A DNA stretch of 64,000 bases from Alphaproteobacteria bacterium (GTDB lineage Bacteria > Pseudomonadota > Alphaproteobacteria > MPNO01 > UBA830), in contig OZ251539.1 in NCBI GenBank assembly GCA_965243135.1, forward strand, positions 4,128,001 to 4,192,000. The letters run 5' to 3'. Every line of letters begins with the position of its first letter. Position 1 is the stretch's first letter. The notes beneath the pieces are model-generated. The model did not search any database. It had not been told where the DNA came from and was given only the letters and a program-made list of their open reading frames with translations. This document shows, piece by piece, positions 20,172-29,831 of this stretch. A program made the position numbers and the translations under genes.

Positions 20172-20452
20172 CAGTCCGCGGGGCCGGGCAATGCCGTCGG
20201 GGAGGCGCGCTTTCGCCCCTCCGGCGCCGCGAGCCGGCGGCCGGCCCGCCAGCGCCCGGACGTCCATCCGATCGCCATGCCGGCCAGCAATCCGGCGGCC
20301 GCCGATCCGAGCAACCAGATGGCGGCCGGCATTTCGAAAGAGCCGGGCAACGGCCAGAGCGTCAGCGCGACCGGCGCGCTGTTCTCGAAGGCGAATACGC
20401 CGACGAGGAGCGCGAGCAGGACGAACAGCGCGATTCCCGCGAGCCGCTTCAC
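20171..20452 (-). CDS. lapA: LapA (DUF1049) family membrane protein
   Basis: Two hydrophobic segments, FAFEN, position after ihfB. Confidence 0.75.
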   Translation of the reverse strand: MKRLAGIALFVLLALLVGVFAFENSAPVALTLWPLPGSFEMPAAIWLLGSAAAGLLAGMAIGWTSGRWRAGRRLAAPEGRKRASPTALPGPAD

Positions 20453-20479
20453 GAGCCGGCCGGCTTCCTGCGCGCCGCC

Positions 20480-20761
20480 CTACCTGCGGTTCAGGCGGTC
20501 GCGCATGTCCTTGCCGGCCTTGAAGAAGGGCACGCGTTTCTCCTCGACGTCGACGGCTTCGCCGGTTCGCGGGTTGCGGCCGACACGCGCGCCTCTCGTC
20601 TTGACGGAAAAAGCCCCGAACCCCCGCAATTCGACCCGACCGCCGCGCTCGAGCGTCGAGGTGATCTCGCCTAGGACCGCGGCGACGATCCGCTCGACGT
20701 CGCGCTGGAAGAGATGCGGATTTTTTTCCGTGAGCCGCAGAACGAGTTCGGACTTGGTCAT
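20480..20761 (-). CDS. ihfB: Integration host factor beta
   Basis: [30 protein letters not shown]. Confidence 0.96.
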   Translation of the reverse strand: MTKSELVLRLTEKNPHLFQRDVERIVAAVLGEITSTLERGGRVELRGFGAFSVKTRGARVGRNPRTGEAVDVEEKRVPFFKAGKDMRDRLNRR

Positions 20762-20826
20762 GCCCCGTGTCTCCCTGCACCGCCGCGCAAGCCGGCGGGT
20801 TTCCTCCCGGACGCGAAGCCCGGAGG

Positions 20827-21714
20827 TCAGCGCAATTCAGGATGCCAGACGGATACCAACCCGTCAAGCGTAAGCCTCTCAGAAAACACCGTTTTTCTCG
20901 CCAATCCGACGACGCTGTCGAAAAGGTCGTCCATGTCGCGCCGCGGCCCGACGCGACGCACCGGCAGATCCTCGGGGATCCGGCCTTCCAGCCACGCGAG
21001 CGCCGCCTTCTGGCCGCCGATCTCGTCGACGAGCCCGGCCTCGACGGCGCGGCGTCCGGTGAAGACCCGTCCGTCCGCGAACTTTTCGGCGGAAGCCAGG
21101 CCGCGCCGTTCGAGAACCATGTCGCGGAACATCGCGTAGATTTCGTCGATCAGGCCCTGGGCGGCGGCGGCGGCCCGCGGAGACACCGGCTCCAGCGGAT
21201 CGGGCACGGACTTCAGGTCGCCGCTCCGGAACGTTCGCGTCCTGACGCCGATCGTTTCGAGCAGGCGCGAGATTTCCGCCGTCTGGAGAACGACGCCGAC
21301 GGAGCCAGTGAGGGTGCTTTCGCGGGCGTAAATCCGGTCGGCCGCGATCGCGACCATGTAGGCCGCCGACGTCGCGAGGCCGTCCAGAACCGCGACGACC
21401 GGCTTCCTTTCCGAGACCGACCGAAGGGCGCGATGCAGCGATTCGCCGCCGGCCACGGTGCCGCCCGGACTGTCGATATGAACGACGACGGCGCGCGCGT
21501 CGTCGTTTTCCGCGAGCGCCTCGACCGCCGCGAGCCGTTCCCCGTCCCGAACGATGACGCCCTCGACGTCGATGCGGGCGATGAAGTCGCCCCCGCCGCC
21601 CAGACGGCCCGCGACGACGGCGACCGCGAAAAAGGCGGCGAGAATCGCCAGAGCCCGCCAGAAGGACAGACGCCGCTTCAGGCGTTGCCGGTCGACGAGA
21701 TAGTCCGAATGCAC
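20827..21714 (-). CDS. sppA: Signal peptide peptidase SppA (S49)
   Basis: DSPGG, ATSAAY, GSVGV, DGRVFTG. Confidence 0.92.
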   Translation of the reverse strand: MHSDYLVDRQRLKRRLSFWRALAILAAFFAVAVVAGRLGGGGDFIARIDVEGVIVRDGERLAAVEALAENDDARAVVVHIDSPGGTVAGGESLHRALRSVSERKPVVAVLDGLATSAAYMVAIAADRIYARESTLTGSVGVVLQTAEISRLLETIGVRTRTFRSGDLKSVPDPLEPVSPRAAAAAQGLIDEIYAMFRDMVLERRGLASAEKFADGRVFTGRRAVEAGLVDEIGGQKAALAWLEGRIPEDLPVRRVGPRRDMDDLFDSVVGLARKTVFSERLTLDGLVSVWHPELR

Positions 21715-21736
21715 GGCCGAGGCAACCGCGGACGGG

Positions 21737-23482
21737 TCACTCCTTCCCGGGATCTTCCGCCGCCGCCTCCTCCGTTTCCCCGGTGCCGCGCTTGCGGTCG
21801 AGGGCGGCTCCCAAAATGTCGCCGAGGCTGGCGCCGGAATCGGACGATCCGTAATTCTCCATCGCCTGCTTTTCTTCGGTCATTTCGTACGCCTTGACCG
21901 ACAGGGTGAGCTTTCGCTCCTTGCGATCGACGTTCGAGACCTGGGCGTCGACCCGGTCGCCGACCGCGAACCGGTCGGACCTCTGCTCGCCGCGGTCGCG
22001 CGAAAGATCGGATCGCCGGATGAAACCGGGAACGACGCCCGCCACGGTGACCTCCAGCCCGCCGTCGACAACGGCGGAGACGGTGCACGTGACCGCGTCG
22101 CCCTTCTTCAGCCCCTTCAAGGCCGCCGCGACCGGATCGTCCGACAGCTGCTTGATCCCGAGGCCGATCCGCTCTTTCGCCACGTCGATATCGATCACGG
22201 AGACGCCGACGACGTCGCCCTTCCGGTAGGAGCCGACCGCTTCGCTTCCGTCTTGCTCCCACGACAGGTCGGAAAGGTGCACCATGCCGTCGATTTCGCC
22301 CGGCAGGCCGACGAACAGGCCGAATTCCGTAATATTCCGGACCTCGCCCTCGAGTTCGGATCCAACGGGATAGTCGCGGGCGAACGCCTCCCACGGGTTC
22401 TCGTGGCATTGCTTGAGACCGAGGCTTATGCGCCGCTTCTGGGCGTCGACCTCCAGCACCATGACCTCGACTTCCTGGCTGGTCGACACGATCTTGCCGG
22501 GATGCACGTTCTTCTTGGTCCAGCTCATCTCGGAGACGTGGACGAGCCCTTCGACGCCCGGCTCGAGTTCGACGAAGGCGCCGTAATCCGTGATGTTGCT
22601 GACCCTGCCCGTGAATCTGGCGTCCACGGGGTATTTGAGGACGGCCCCGTCCCAGGGGTCGGCGTCGAGTTGCTTCATGCCGAGCGAGATGCGCTGGGTT
22701 TCGGGATTGTAGCGTATGACCTGGACCCTCACGTTCTGGCCCACCGACAACGCCTCGCCGGGGTGCGCGATGCGCCGCCACGCGATGTCGGTCACGTGCA
22801 GCAGTCCGTCGACGCCGCCAAGGTCCACGAAGGCGCCGTAGTCGGTGATGTTCTTGACCATTCCGTCGAGCACCTGGCCTTCCTTGAGGCTGGCCAGGAG
22901 TTCGGAGCGCTGCTCGGCGCGGGACTCTTCGAGAACCGCGCGCCGGGACACGACGATGTTGCCGCGCCGCCGGTCCATCTTGAGAATCTGGAAAGGCTGG
23001 GGAGTGCCCATGAGAGGGCCCACGTCCCGGATCGGGCGCACGTCGACCTGGCTCCCCGGCAGGAACGCGACCGCGCCGGACAGGTCGACGGTGAAGCCGC
23101 CCTTCACCCGGCCGAAAATGGTTCCGGTGACGCGCTCGGTGTTCGCGAACGCGGCTTCGAGCTGGGTCCAGGCTTCCTCGCGCCGGGCGCGGTCGCGGCT
23201 CAGAACGGCTTCTCCGTTGCGGTCCTCCATGCGCTCCAGATAAACGTCGACGACGTCGCCTTTCTCGATTTCCGGCGGTCGTCCGTGCGTTCCGAATTCC
23301 TTCAGCGGCACGCGGCCTTCGGACTTCAATCCGACGTCTATCAGCACGTCGTCGCCGTCGACCGACAGCACGGTTCCCTTGATGACCGTTCCTTCGGCCA
23401 GCTTGCCGTCGCCGAAGCTCAGGTCGAGAAGCGCGGCGAAGTCTTCCGCTGCGTTGGCAGCGATCTCGGTTTCGACTGTCAT
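21737..23482 (-). CDS. rpsA: 30S ribosomal protein S1
   Basis: Repeated S1 domains (ITDYGAFV, GLVHVSE, RISLGLKQ). Confidence 0.98.
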   Translation of the reverse strand: MTVETEIAANAAEDFAALLDLSFGDGKLAEGTVIKGTVLSVDGDDVLIDVGLKSEGRVPLKEFGTHGRPPEIEKGDVVDVYLERMEDRNGEAVLSRDRARREEAWTQLEAAFANTERVTGTIFGRVKGGFTVDLSGAVAFLPGSQVDVRPIRDVGPLMGTPQPFQILKMDRRRGNIVVSRRAVLEESRAEQRSELLASLKEGQVLDGMVKNITDYGAFVDLGGVDGLLHVTDIAWRRIAHPGEALSVGQNVRVQVIRYNPETQRISLGMKQLDADPWDGAVLKYPVDARFTGRVSNITDYGAFVELEPGVEGLVHVSEMSWTKKNVHPGKIVSTSQEVEVMVLEVDAQKRRISLGLKQCHENPWEAFARDYPVGSELEGEVRNITEFGLFVGLPGEIDGMVHLSDLSWEQDGSEAVGSYRKGDVVGVSVIDIDVAKERIGLGIKQLSDDPVAAALKGLKKGDAVTCTVSAVVDGGLEVTVAGVVPGFIRRSDLSRDRGEQRSDRFAVGDRVDAQVSNVDRKERKLTLSVKAYEMTEEKQAMENYGSSDSGASLGDILGAALDRKRGTGETEEAAAEDPGKE

Positions 23483-23504
23483 GTTCGCTATCGGTAACTC
23501 CCGT

Positions 23505-24191
23505 TCAGGACCGACCGCCGGAGAGCGGCGGTTTCGGTTCCACCCTGCCCTGCGGCCGGATCAGAGACATCGCCTTGGCGAAGACGGCGTCGGCGCTCAG
23601 TTCCGTCGTATCGATGACGAACGCGTCCGCCGCAGGCGCCAACGGCGCAACCGAACGGGTGCGATCCCGCTCGTCGCGAGCCTCCATGTCCTGCAGGACT
23701 TGCGCGGTTATACTCTCAATCCCCCTGTCCCGCAACTCCCGGACTCTCCGCCGGACGCGCTCGTCCAGAGCGGCGTGCACGAACAGCTTGACGCCCGCGC
23801 CGGGGCAGATCACGGTGCCGATGTCCCGGCCGTCGAGAACCGCTCCGGGAGCTCCGCCCGGCGGCGAAGCGGCGAAGCGGCGCTGAAACCGCAACAGGGC
23901 CTTGCGGACGCCGGGATCGGCGGCGACGATTCCGGCGGCGTTTCCCGTTTCCTCGTCGCGCAACGCGGGGTTCGCCATGTCCGCGGCGACGAGCGCTTCC
24001 GCCGCCGCGACGGCCGCGCGCGGATCGCCCGGATCGCCGCCCGCCTGCAGAACCGCATGACCGACGGCGCGATAGAGCATGCCGGTATCGAGATGCGCGT
24101 AGCCGAGGGCGGCGGCGACGCGGCGGGCCAGCGTTCCCTTGCCGCTCGCGGCGGGTCCGTCGATCGCGACGACCGGCGGCGCCTCAGTCAT
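23505..24191 (-). CDS. cmk: Cytidylate kinase
   Basis: AIDGPAASGKGT, LDTGMLYR, DGRDIGTV. Confidence 0.96.
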   Translation of the reverse strand: MTEAPPVVAIDGPAASGKGTLARRVAAALGYAHLDTGMLYRAVGHAVLQAGGDPGDPRAAVAAAEALVAADMANPALRDEETGNAAGIVAADPGVRKALLRFQRRFAASPPGGAPGAVLDGRDIGTVICPGAGVKLFVHAALDERVRRRVRELRDRGIESITAQVLQDMEARDERDRTRSVAPLAPAADAFVIDTTELSADAVFAKAMSLIRPQGRVEPKPPLSGGRS

Positions 24192-25506
24192 CGCGCAGCC
24201 GCGCGCCGATGCCTGCCATGAGGGCCGCGAAACCGGGGAAGCTCGTGTCGATGGCCGACCCGTCGTCGATGCGGACAGGCGCCGCCGCGGCGGTTCCCAT
24301 GACCAGGAACGACATCGCGATCCGGTGGTCCAGATTGACCGCGATCCGCCCGCCGCCCGGAGGCGGGCCGCCGCAGCCGTCGATCACGATGTCGTCGCCT
24401 TCCGCCCGCGCCGCGACGCCGCAGGCCGTCAGGCCGTCGACGATCGCGCCGAAACGATCGCTTTCCTTGACGCGGAGTTCGGCCAGTCCGCGCAGGCGCG
24501 TGCGCCCCTGCGCGAAGGCCGCCGCGACGGCCACGATCGGGTATTCGTCGATCATGGACGGCGCCCTTTCCGCGGGAACGTCGACCCCGCGCAGGGGGCC
24601 GTGGCGGAAAACCGCATCCGCCACCGGCTCGCCGCCCGCCTCGCGGCGCCCGGAAAGCTCGAAATCGGCGCCCATTTCGCGCAGCGTCTCGAGGAAGCCG
24701 ATTCTGGACGGATTCACGCCGACGTTGTCGACGGCGAGTTCCGAACCCGGCGCGAGCAGCGCCGCGACGCCGGGGAACGCCGCCGACGACGGATCGCCGG
24801 GAACGTCGACCTCGATCGCGGTCAGCTCCGCGTATCCTTCGACGGAGATTTCGCTCCCGCCGCCGACGGCGGGAGCGGCGCGGACCGCGGCTCCGAACGC
24901 GCGCAGCATGTTTTCGGTGTGGTCGCGGGTCGCCCGGCGCTCGACGACGGTGGTGCGCCCCGGAGCGTTGAGCGCGGCGAGCAGGATCGACGACTTGACC
25001 TGCGCGGAGGCCACCGGCAGCTCGTATTCGATCGGCAGGGGATTCGCCGCGCCGCGCAGGCGCAGGGGCATGCGCCCGCCGTCGCGGGCCTCGAACGCGG
25101 CGCCCATCCGGGACAGCGGGACGATGACGCGGTCCATCGGCCGGCGGCGGAGCGACGCGTCTCCGGTCAGGTGCGCGTCGATCGCCTGCGTCGCCAGCAG
25201 CCCCGCCAAGAGCCTCGCCGAGGTGCCCGAATTGCCGAAATCGATCACGTCGTCCGGCGCGGCGAGGCCGCCGACCCCCGCGCCGTTGACGAACCAGGCG
25301 TCCCCTTCCTTGCGGACTCCGGCGCCGAGCGCACGCAGCGCCTCCGCGGTCCGGAGGACGTCGTCGGATTCGAGCAGGCCGCTGACGCGCGTTTCGCCGA
25401 CGGCGACGGCGCCGATCATGAGCGCCCTGTGCGAAATGGATTTATCGCCGGGCACGGATACCCGGCCCCTCAAGGGGCCGGCGGGTTCGGATCGCAGCGC
25501 CGTCAC
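24184..25506 (-). CDS. aroA: EPSP synthase
   Basis: PGDKSISHR, GNSGT, SAQVKS, RDHTE, LRVKESDR, DHRIAM; GTG start inferred. Confidence 0.96.
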   Translation of the reverse strand: MTALRSEPAGPLRGRVSVPGDKSISHRALMIGAVAVGETRVSGLLESDDVLRTAEALRALGAGVRKEGDAWFVNGAGVGGLAAPDDVIDFGNSGTSARLLAGLLATQAIDAHLTGDASLRRRPMDRVIVPLSRMGAAFEARDGGRMPLRLRGAANPLPIEYELPVASAQVKSSILLAALNAPGRTTVVERRATRDHTENMLRAFGAAVRAAPAVGGGSEISVEGYAELTAIEVDVPGDPSSAAFPGVAALLAPGSELAVDNVGVNPSRIGFLETLREMGADFELSGRREAGGEPVADAVFRHGPLRGVDVPAERAPSMIDEYPIVAVAAAFAQGRTRLRGLAELRVKESDRFGAIVDGLTACGVAARAEGDDIVIDGCGGPPPGGGRIAVNLDHRIAMSFLVMGTAAAAPVRIDDGSAIDTSFPGFAALMAGIGARLRDD

Positions 25507-25648
25507 GCGGTTCTCCGCAGTTGCCGCCCAAGTTGCGGAATCTCCTACCACAAAAGGTTCCGCCTGCCATCGCGCGAGGTTTTTTGCCTTTGACAGGCAA
25601 GATCGAACATGGCAAAGGCTGCCCCCGGTCAATCGAGGGAGGAGGGCG

Positions 25649-25948
25649 TTGGCGAAGCCGGAATGGGGATCGAAGCGGGTATGCCAGAGTTGCGGCGGCC
25701 GCTTTTACGACTTGTTGCGCGATCCGATCGTATGCCCGCATTGCGGGGCCGAACTCCAAGGGACGGCGCATCAGCGGTCGCGGCGCAACCGGCCGGCGGC
25801 CGGCGGGGCGCAACCGGCGACGGCCGCGGCCGCCAGCGGCGAGAGCATCGAAAACGGAGATCCCCTTGCCGAGGTCATCGACGACGAGGCGGATCTGGAG
25901 GACGAATCCGACGATAGCGGCGGCAACGACGTGTCGGGCGTGATCTGA
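25649..25948 (+). CDS. TIGR02300 / FYDLN acidic zinc-ribbon protein
   Basis: TTG start after GGAGG; AKPEWGSKRVCQSCGGRFYDL...CPHCG plus acidic tail; divergent from aroA. Confidence 0.88.
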   Translation: MAKPEWGSKRVCQSCGGRFYDLLRDPIVCPHCGAELQGTAHQRSRRNRPAAGGAQPATAAAASGESIENGDPLAEVIDDEADLEDESDDSGGNDVSGVI

Positions 25949-26362
25949 GGCGGCCCGCCGTTTCCGAAAACCCCGCCGGCTGCGGACGGAAAGCTCCCGC
26001 GACCCCGAACGTTCGCGCGCGGTTCGTGCGCCGAAGCGCCGCCCGTTTCTCCTGCGCCGCCGAAAACACGGGCCGGCGCGGCCGCGGCGACGCCCGGTGG
26101 ATCGAAGCCCACGGATCCGGTAGGCTCCGCGGGCGGGCTGCCCATCGCGGCGATCGTCAGGTCTTTCTCCGAAAGCTGTCTTGTGGGCGCATCATCCGAG
26201 CAAGCGAAAACGTCCGGGCGGCGCGCTCCTGTCGGCGGCGGCATAGGCCTCGATTGTCGGGCGGCTGTCCGCGGAGGAGCGCACTCCGCCGCTGACCTCC
26301 CGGCGACGGGTCTGCGCCCCGCTCTTCTTCGGACGCGAGATCTGGCGACAGCGCAGCGCGAT

Positions 26363-26733
26363 CGCCGCGACTTCCGGCTTCTGAACCTGCTCGCGCCGTT
26401 GTCGATGAGCTCGTTCAGCGCGACCGGCATACGGCTCGAGCGCCAGCCGACGGGCGACGCCTGCGCATGAAGGACGCCGGCGACGCCTCCCGGACCGCGG
26501 CTTTCGTTCTGCTGGCGCTGGTCGCCATGTTCTGGGCGGCGAACACCATCGTCGCGCGCGCGACGGCCGACGAGGTGCCGCCGTTCGCCCTGACGTTCTG
26601 GCGCCTGTTCCTGTCGGCGCTCGCTTTCGCTCCCTTCGCGCTTCGCAACGTCTGGCGGCAGCGCCTCGTCCTGCGCCGCGACTTCCGGCTTCTGAACCTG
26701 CTCGCGCTGCTGTCGATGAGCTCGTTCAGCGCG
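26363..26733 (+). repeat. 60-bp direct repeat (26363-26422 and 26674-26733)
   Basis: CGCCGCGACTTCCGGCTTCTGAACCTGCTCGCG...TCGATGAGCTCGTTCAGCGCG twice, 2 mismatches. Confidence 0.9.
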
Positions 26734-27369
26734 CTGGTCTACAGCGGCCTTCAGTTCACCGAAGCGATCAACGGAAACCTGCTGCAGGGAGCGCTGCCCC
26801 TCTGCATCCTGTTGTCGGGCGCGCTCTTCGTCGGCCGCGCGGTGACGGCCCGCCAGGCCGTCGGCATGCTGCTCGGACTCGCCGGGCTGGTCGTCATCGT
26901 CGTGCGCGGCGATTTGCAAATCCTGCTCGGGTTGCGGATCAACGTCGGCGATCCGCTGGTTTTTCTGGGCGTCTTCGCGTCGGCCACCTACGCCGTCCTG
27001 CTGTTCAAGCGGCCGGAAGAACTGGACATGCCCGCCTTCCTGTTTCTGATGATGGCGCTCGGCAGCGTTCAGATCGCGCCGTTCTACGTCGCGGAGCATT
27101 TCTGGATCCGTCCCCTGCCGCCGACGGAAACGGCGCTATTCGCCGTCGGCTTCGTCGCGCTGTTTCCGTCGGTGCTGGCGCAATGGTTTTTCGCCGAGGG
27201 CGTGCGCCGCGTCGGCGCGGCGATGGCGGGATACATGATCTATCTTACGCCGGTATTCGGCGTCTTCATGGCCGTCGGCGCGCTCGGCGAGGCGTTCCGG
27301 GCGTTCCACGCTGCGGGCATCGCGGCGATCGCGGCGGGCATATGGCTGGCGACGGTTCGCCGCGGATGA
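26467..27369 (+). CDS. DMT/EamA family transporter
   Basis: About 10 hydrophobic helices, FWAAN..VAR, GDPLV, YLTPVFG, GE..RAFH. Confidence 0.9.
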   Translation: MKDAGDASRTAAFVLLALVAMFWAANTIVARATADEVPPFALTFWRLFLSALAFAPFALRNVWRQRLVLRRDFRLLNLLALLSMSSFSALVYSGLQFTEAINGNLLQGALPLCILLSGALFVGRAVTARQAVGMLLGLAGLVVIVVRGDLQILLGLRINVGDPLVFLGVFASATYAVLLFKRPEELDMPAFLFLMMALGSVQIAPFYVAEHFWIRPLPPTETALFAVGFVALFPSVLAQWFFAEGVRRVGAAMAGYMIYLTPVFGVFMAVGALGEAFRAFHAAGIAAIAAGIWLATVRRG

Positions 27370-28271
27370 TCCATCCCTACGCCATGTTGACTCTCGCCGC
27401 GCTGTTCTGGGCGGGTTCGGCGGTCACGGCGCGCGCCGTCGCCGACGAGGTGCCGCCGATGGCGCTGAACTTCTGGCGCTGGGCGTTCGCGTTTCTCGCC
27501 GCGCTGATCTGGACCTGGCCGGAGCTTCTGCGGCATCGCAGGCTGATCGCGGCGCGGTGGAAATACCTCGCCTTTCTCGCCCTGAGCTCCGCCGTCGGCT
27601 TCGGCGCCCTGCACATCGTGGCCATGCATTACACCACGGCGATCAACGGCTCCCTCTTCCAGGGCTTGATGTCGATATTCATCCTGATCGCCGCATGGAT
27701 CGTTCTGGGCGACCGCATCGGTCCGGCGGAAGGCGTCGCCGTCGCGCTGGGGTTCGCCGGCCTCGCGGCGATCGTCACGCGCGGCGACGCCGGGGTCCTG
27801 CTCGGGCTCCGGTTCAATCCGGGAGACATCCTCCTGCTCGTCGCGACGGCCTCCTATTCGATCTACGCGGTCTACCTGCGAAGAGCGCCGCCCGAGCTGA
27901 GCTCCAGCGGGCTCATGACCCTGATGTTCTTCTTCGCCTGCCTGTGGATGCTGCCGCTCTGGCTGATCGAAGTCTACGCTTTCGACCGTCCCCTGCCGCT
28001 CGGCTTCGACTCGGCCTGGTCCATCGCCTACATGAGTCTCTGTCCGTCCCTGCTGGCGCAGATTTTCTGGGCCGCCTCGGTGGCGAAGGTGGGGCCGGGA
28101 CGCGCCGGATACTTCGTGTACCTCTCGCCGGTGTTCGGCGTGGCGTTGTCGATGGCGCTCCTCGGAGAGGCTTTCCGTTGGTACCACGCCGCCGGAATCG
28201 CGCTCATCTTCGCGGCGATCTGGCTCGCGACGCGGAAGCCGCCGCGCGCCGCCCGCCCGGGGGATCGCTAA
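27366..28271 (+). CDS. DMT/EamA family transporter (paralogue)
   Basis: ATGA overlap; FWAG..ARAVADEVPP, GDILL, YLSPVFG, GEAFRWYH. Confidence 0.9.
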   Translation: MIHPYAMLTLAALFWAGSAVTARAVADEVPPMALNFWRWAFAFLAALIWTWPELLRHRRLIAARWKYLAFLALSSAVGFGALHIVAMHYTTAINGSLFQGLMSIFILIAAWIVLGDRIGPAEGVAVALGFAGLAAIVTRGDAGVLLGLRFNPGDILLLVATASYSIYAVYLRRAPPELSSSGLMTLMFFFACLWMLPLWLIEVYAFDRPLPLGFDSAWSIAYMSLCPSLLAQIFWAASVAKVGPGRAGYFVYLSPVFGVALSMALLGEAFRWYHAAGIALIFAAIWLATRKPPRAARPGDR

Positions 28272-28879
28272 GCTTGCGGCAGGGCGACGCCGACCATGCA
28301 ATCCCGCGTCACGATGCCGGCGAGCCGTTCCTCGGACCAGCCTTCGGTGCCTTCGGGACGCCGCGGCAGGACGAGGTAGCGCATGTCGGCGTTGGAATCG
28401 TGCACGCGCACGGCGACATCGTCCGGAATTTCCGTACCGAACTCCTTCAGCACGGCCCGAGGCTCGATCACCGCGCGGCTGCGGTAGCTCTTCGACTTGT
28501 ACCAGTCCGGCGGCAGGCCGAGTATCGTGCGGGGGTAACAGGAGCACAACGTGCAGACGATCACGTTGTGCACGTCGGGCGCGTTCTCGACGACGACCAG
28601 TTCCGCGTCGCCCATCGCGAACCCCAATTCCTCCACCGCTTTCGTTCCGTTTTCCAGAAGCCGCTTTCTGAACTCCCGGTCGACCCAGGCGCGAGCCACG
28701 ATGCGGGCGCCGTCGGCGGGGTCGCGGCTGTCGAGAAACTCAAGGTTGCGGCGGACGTCTTCGGCGTCGACGACTCCCTTCTCGACCAGCAGTTCCTTCA
28801 TGGCCTCCGCCATCAATTCGTAATGGCCCGTCTCGTCGACGTCCGGCGTCGTGCCGGCGTGCGCGCCGTGATCGTGCAT
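28268..28879 (-). CDS. Co-type nitrile hydratase alpha / thiocyanate hydrolase gamma subunit
   Basis: Metal-binding VCTLCSCY (T/Y = cobalt type), GARIVARAWVD, RYLVLPRRP. Confidence 0.92.
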   Translation of the reverse strand: MHDHGAHAGTTPDVDETGHYELMAEAMKELLVEKGVVDAEDVRRNLEFLDSRDPADGARIVARAWVDREFRKRLLENGTKAVEELGFAMGDAELVVVENAPDVHNVIVCTLCSCYPRTILGLPPDWYKSKSYRSRAVIEPRAVLKEFGTEIPDDVAVRVHDSNADMRYLVLPRRPEGTEGWSEERLAGIVTRDCMVGVALPQA

Positions 28880-28883
28880 TTTC

Positions 28884-29171
28884 CTACTCCTCAAGCCGTT
28901 CGAGCCAGTGGTCGTAGATTTCGAGATCCAGGGTGTCCCCGGGCGGACCGTCGTACGAGTCCCAAAGCTCGGTCTGCCGTAACCGCACCCGGTAGAGTTC
29001 GCGCCTTGGGAGGCCGTCGAAGCCGTAGGCGAGTTCCTCCGGATTGCGGAACGCGCCGCAATATCGTTCGATGACGCCCGTCTTGCCGCGAGCGTAGAAC
29101 GGCGTGCGCCGGTGTCCGGGCGGGTGGGCGTTCCTGATGCGCACGCGGTCTCCGACTTCGAACAAGGGCAT
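28884..29171 (-). CDS. Nitrile hydratase beta C-terminal (SH3-like) subunit / ScnA-like
   Basis: FEVGDRVRI, GHRRTPFYARGKTG, YRVR...LW, EIYDHWLE. Confidence 0.85.
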   Translation of the reverse strand: MPLFEVGDRVRIRNAHPPGHRRTPFYARGKTGVIERYCGAFRNPEELAYGFDGLPRRELYRVRLRQTELWDSYDGPPGDTLDLEIYDHWLERLEE

Positions 29172-29173
29172 CG

Positions 29174-29476
29174 TCAGGCCTCCAGCCTCGCGCGGATCGC
29201 GCGCATGCGCTCCTCGACTTCCGCGCGGGTCATCAACCCCTTTTCCTCAAGCAGGTTGACCATCGCTTCGGACCAGCGCTCGAAATAGTCCTGCGCGTAG
29301 ACGTCCGGCGGCAGGTCCTCCAAGGCGCGGCGCAGCTCGTCGATCCGCATGGTGTCGCGCTCGCGCATGGCCGCCGCCAACGCCGTGATCGTCTTCGCCC
29401 AGGGTTCCGCCGCATGGCTGCCGATTTCGAGCGGGCCGGCCTCCATGCCGCCCATGTCGTGCTGACGCTGGCTCAT
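29174..29476 (-). CDS. Nitrile hydratase beta N-terminal subunit / ScnB-like
   Basis: HDMGG, EPW, DELRRALE, YFERW, LEEKG; RBS GAAGGAG. Confidence 0.85.
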   Translation of the reverse strand: MSQRQHDMGGMEAGPLEIGSHAAEPWAKTITALAAAMRERDTMRIDELRRALEDLPPDVYAQDYFERWSEAMVNLLEEKGLMTRAEVEERMRAIRARLEA

Positions 29477-29831
29477 GTTCTCTCCTTCACTCGGCAATTC
29501 TGCGACTTTCGCCCGGAGAGTTCAACCGCCGCGTTCCCGCGCGGCAGGCCGGCCTGCGCCACTTCGAGCGCGTCCTTTCGCGCCAGCGCGTCGCGCACCG
29601 CCCGCGCTCGAAGCACCCCGGCGCGCGGTAGCGCGCCCGGCCGAGGTTTTCCCGCGCCCGCCGCGCGAAGGGATGTCGGTCCCGCGTCGCCCGGCGCCGA
29701 CCGCAACGCGACGGATGGCCTCGCCCGCGGCTCGCTTTCCGGCCCCGGTGTTCGCCGCCGATGCCGTTCGCTCTTTTCACGGCTCTCTCCCGGCGTTATC
29801 TGTAGCGGCCATCGTAATCGAGGAGCTGCCA

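Noticed and set aside
25949-26340. Expected tRNA downstream of the TIGR02300 gene
   Set aside because: No cloverleaf or T-arm GTTCRA context found; no tRNA or rRNA recognised anywhere in the window
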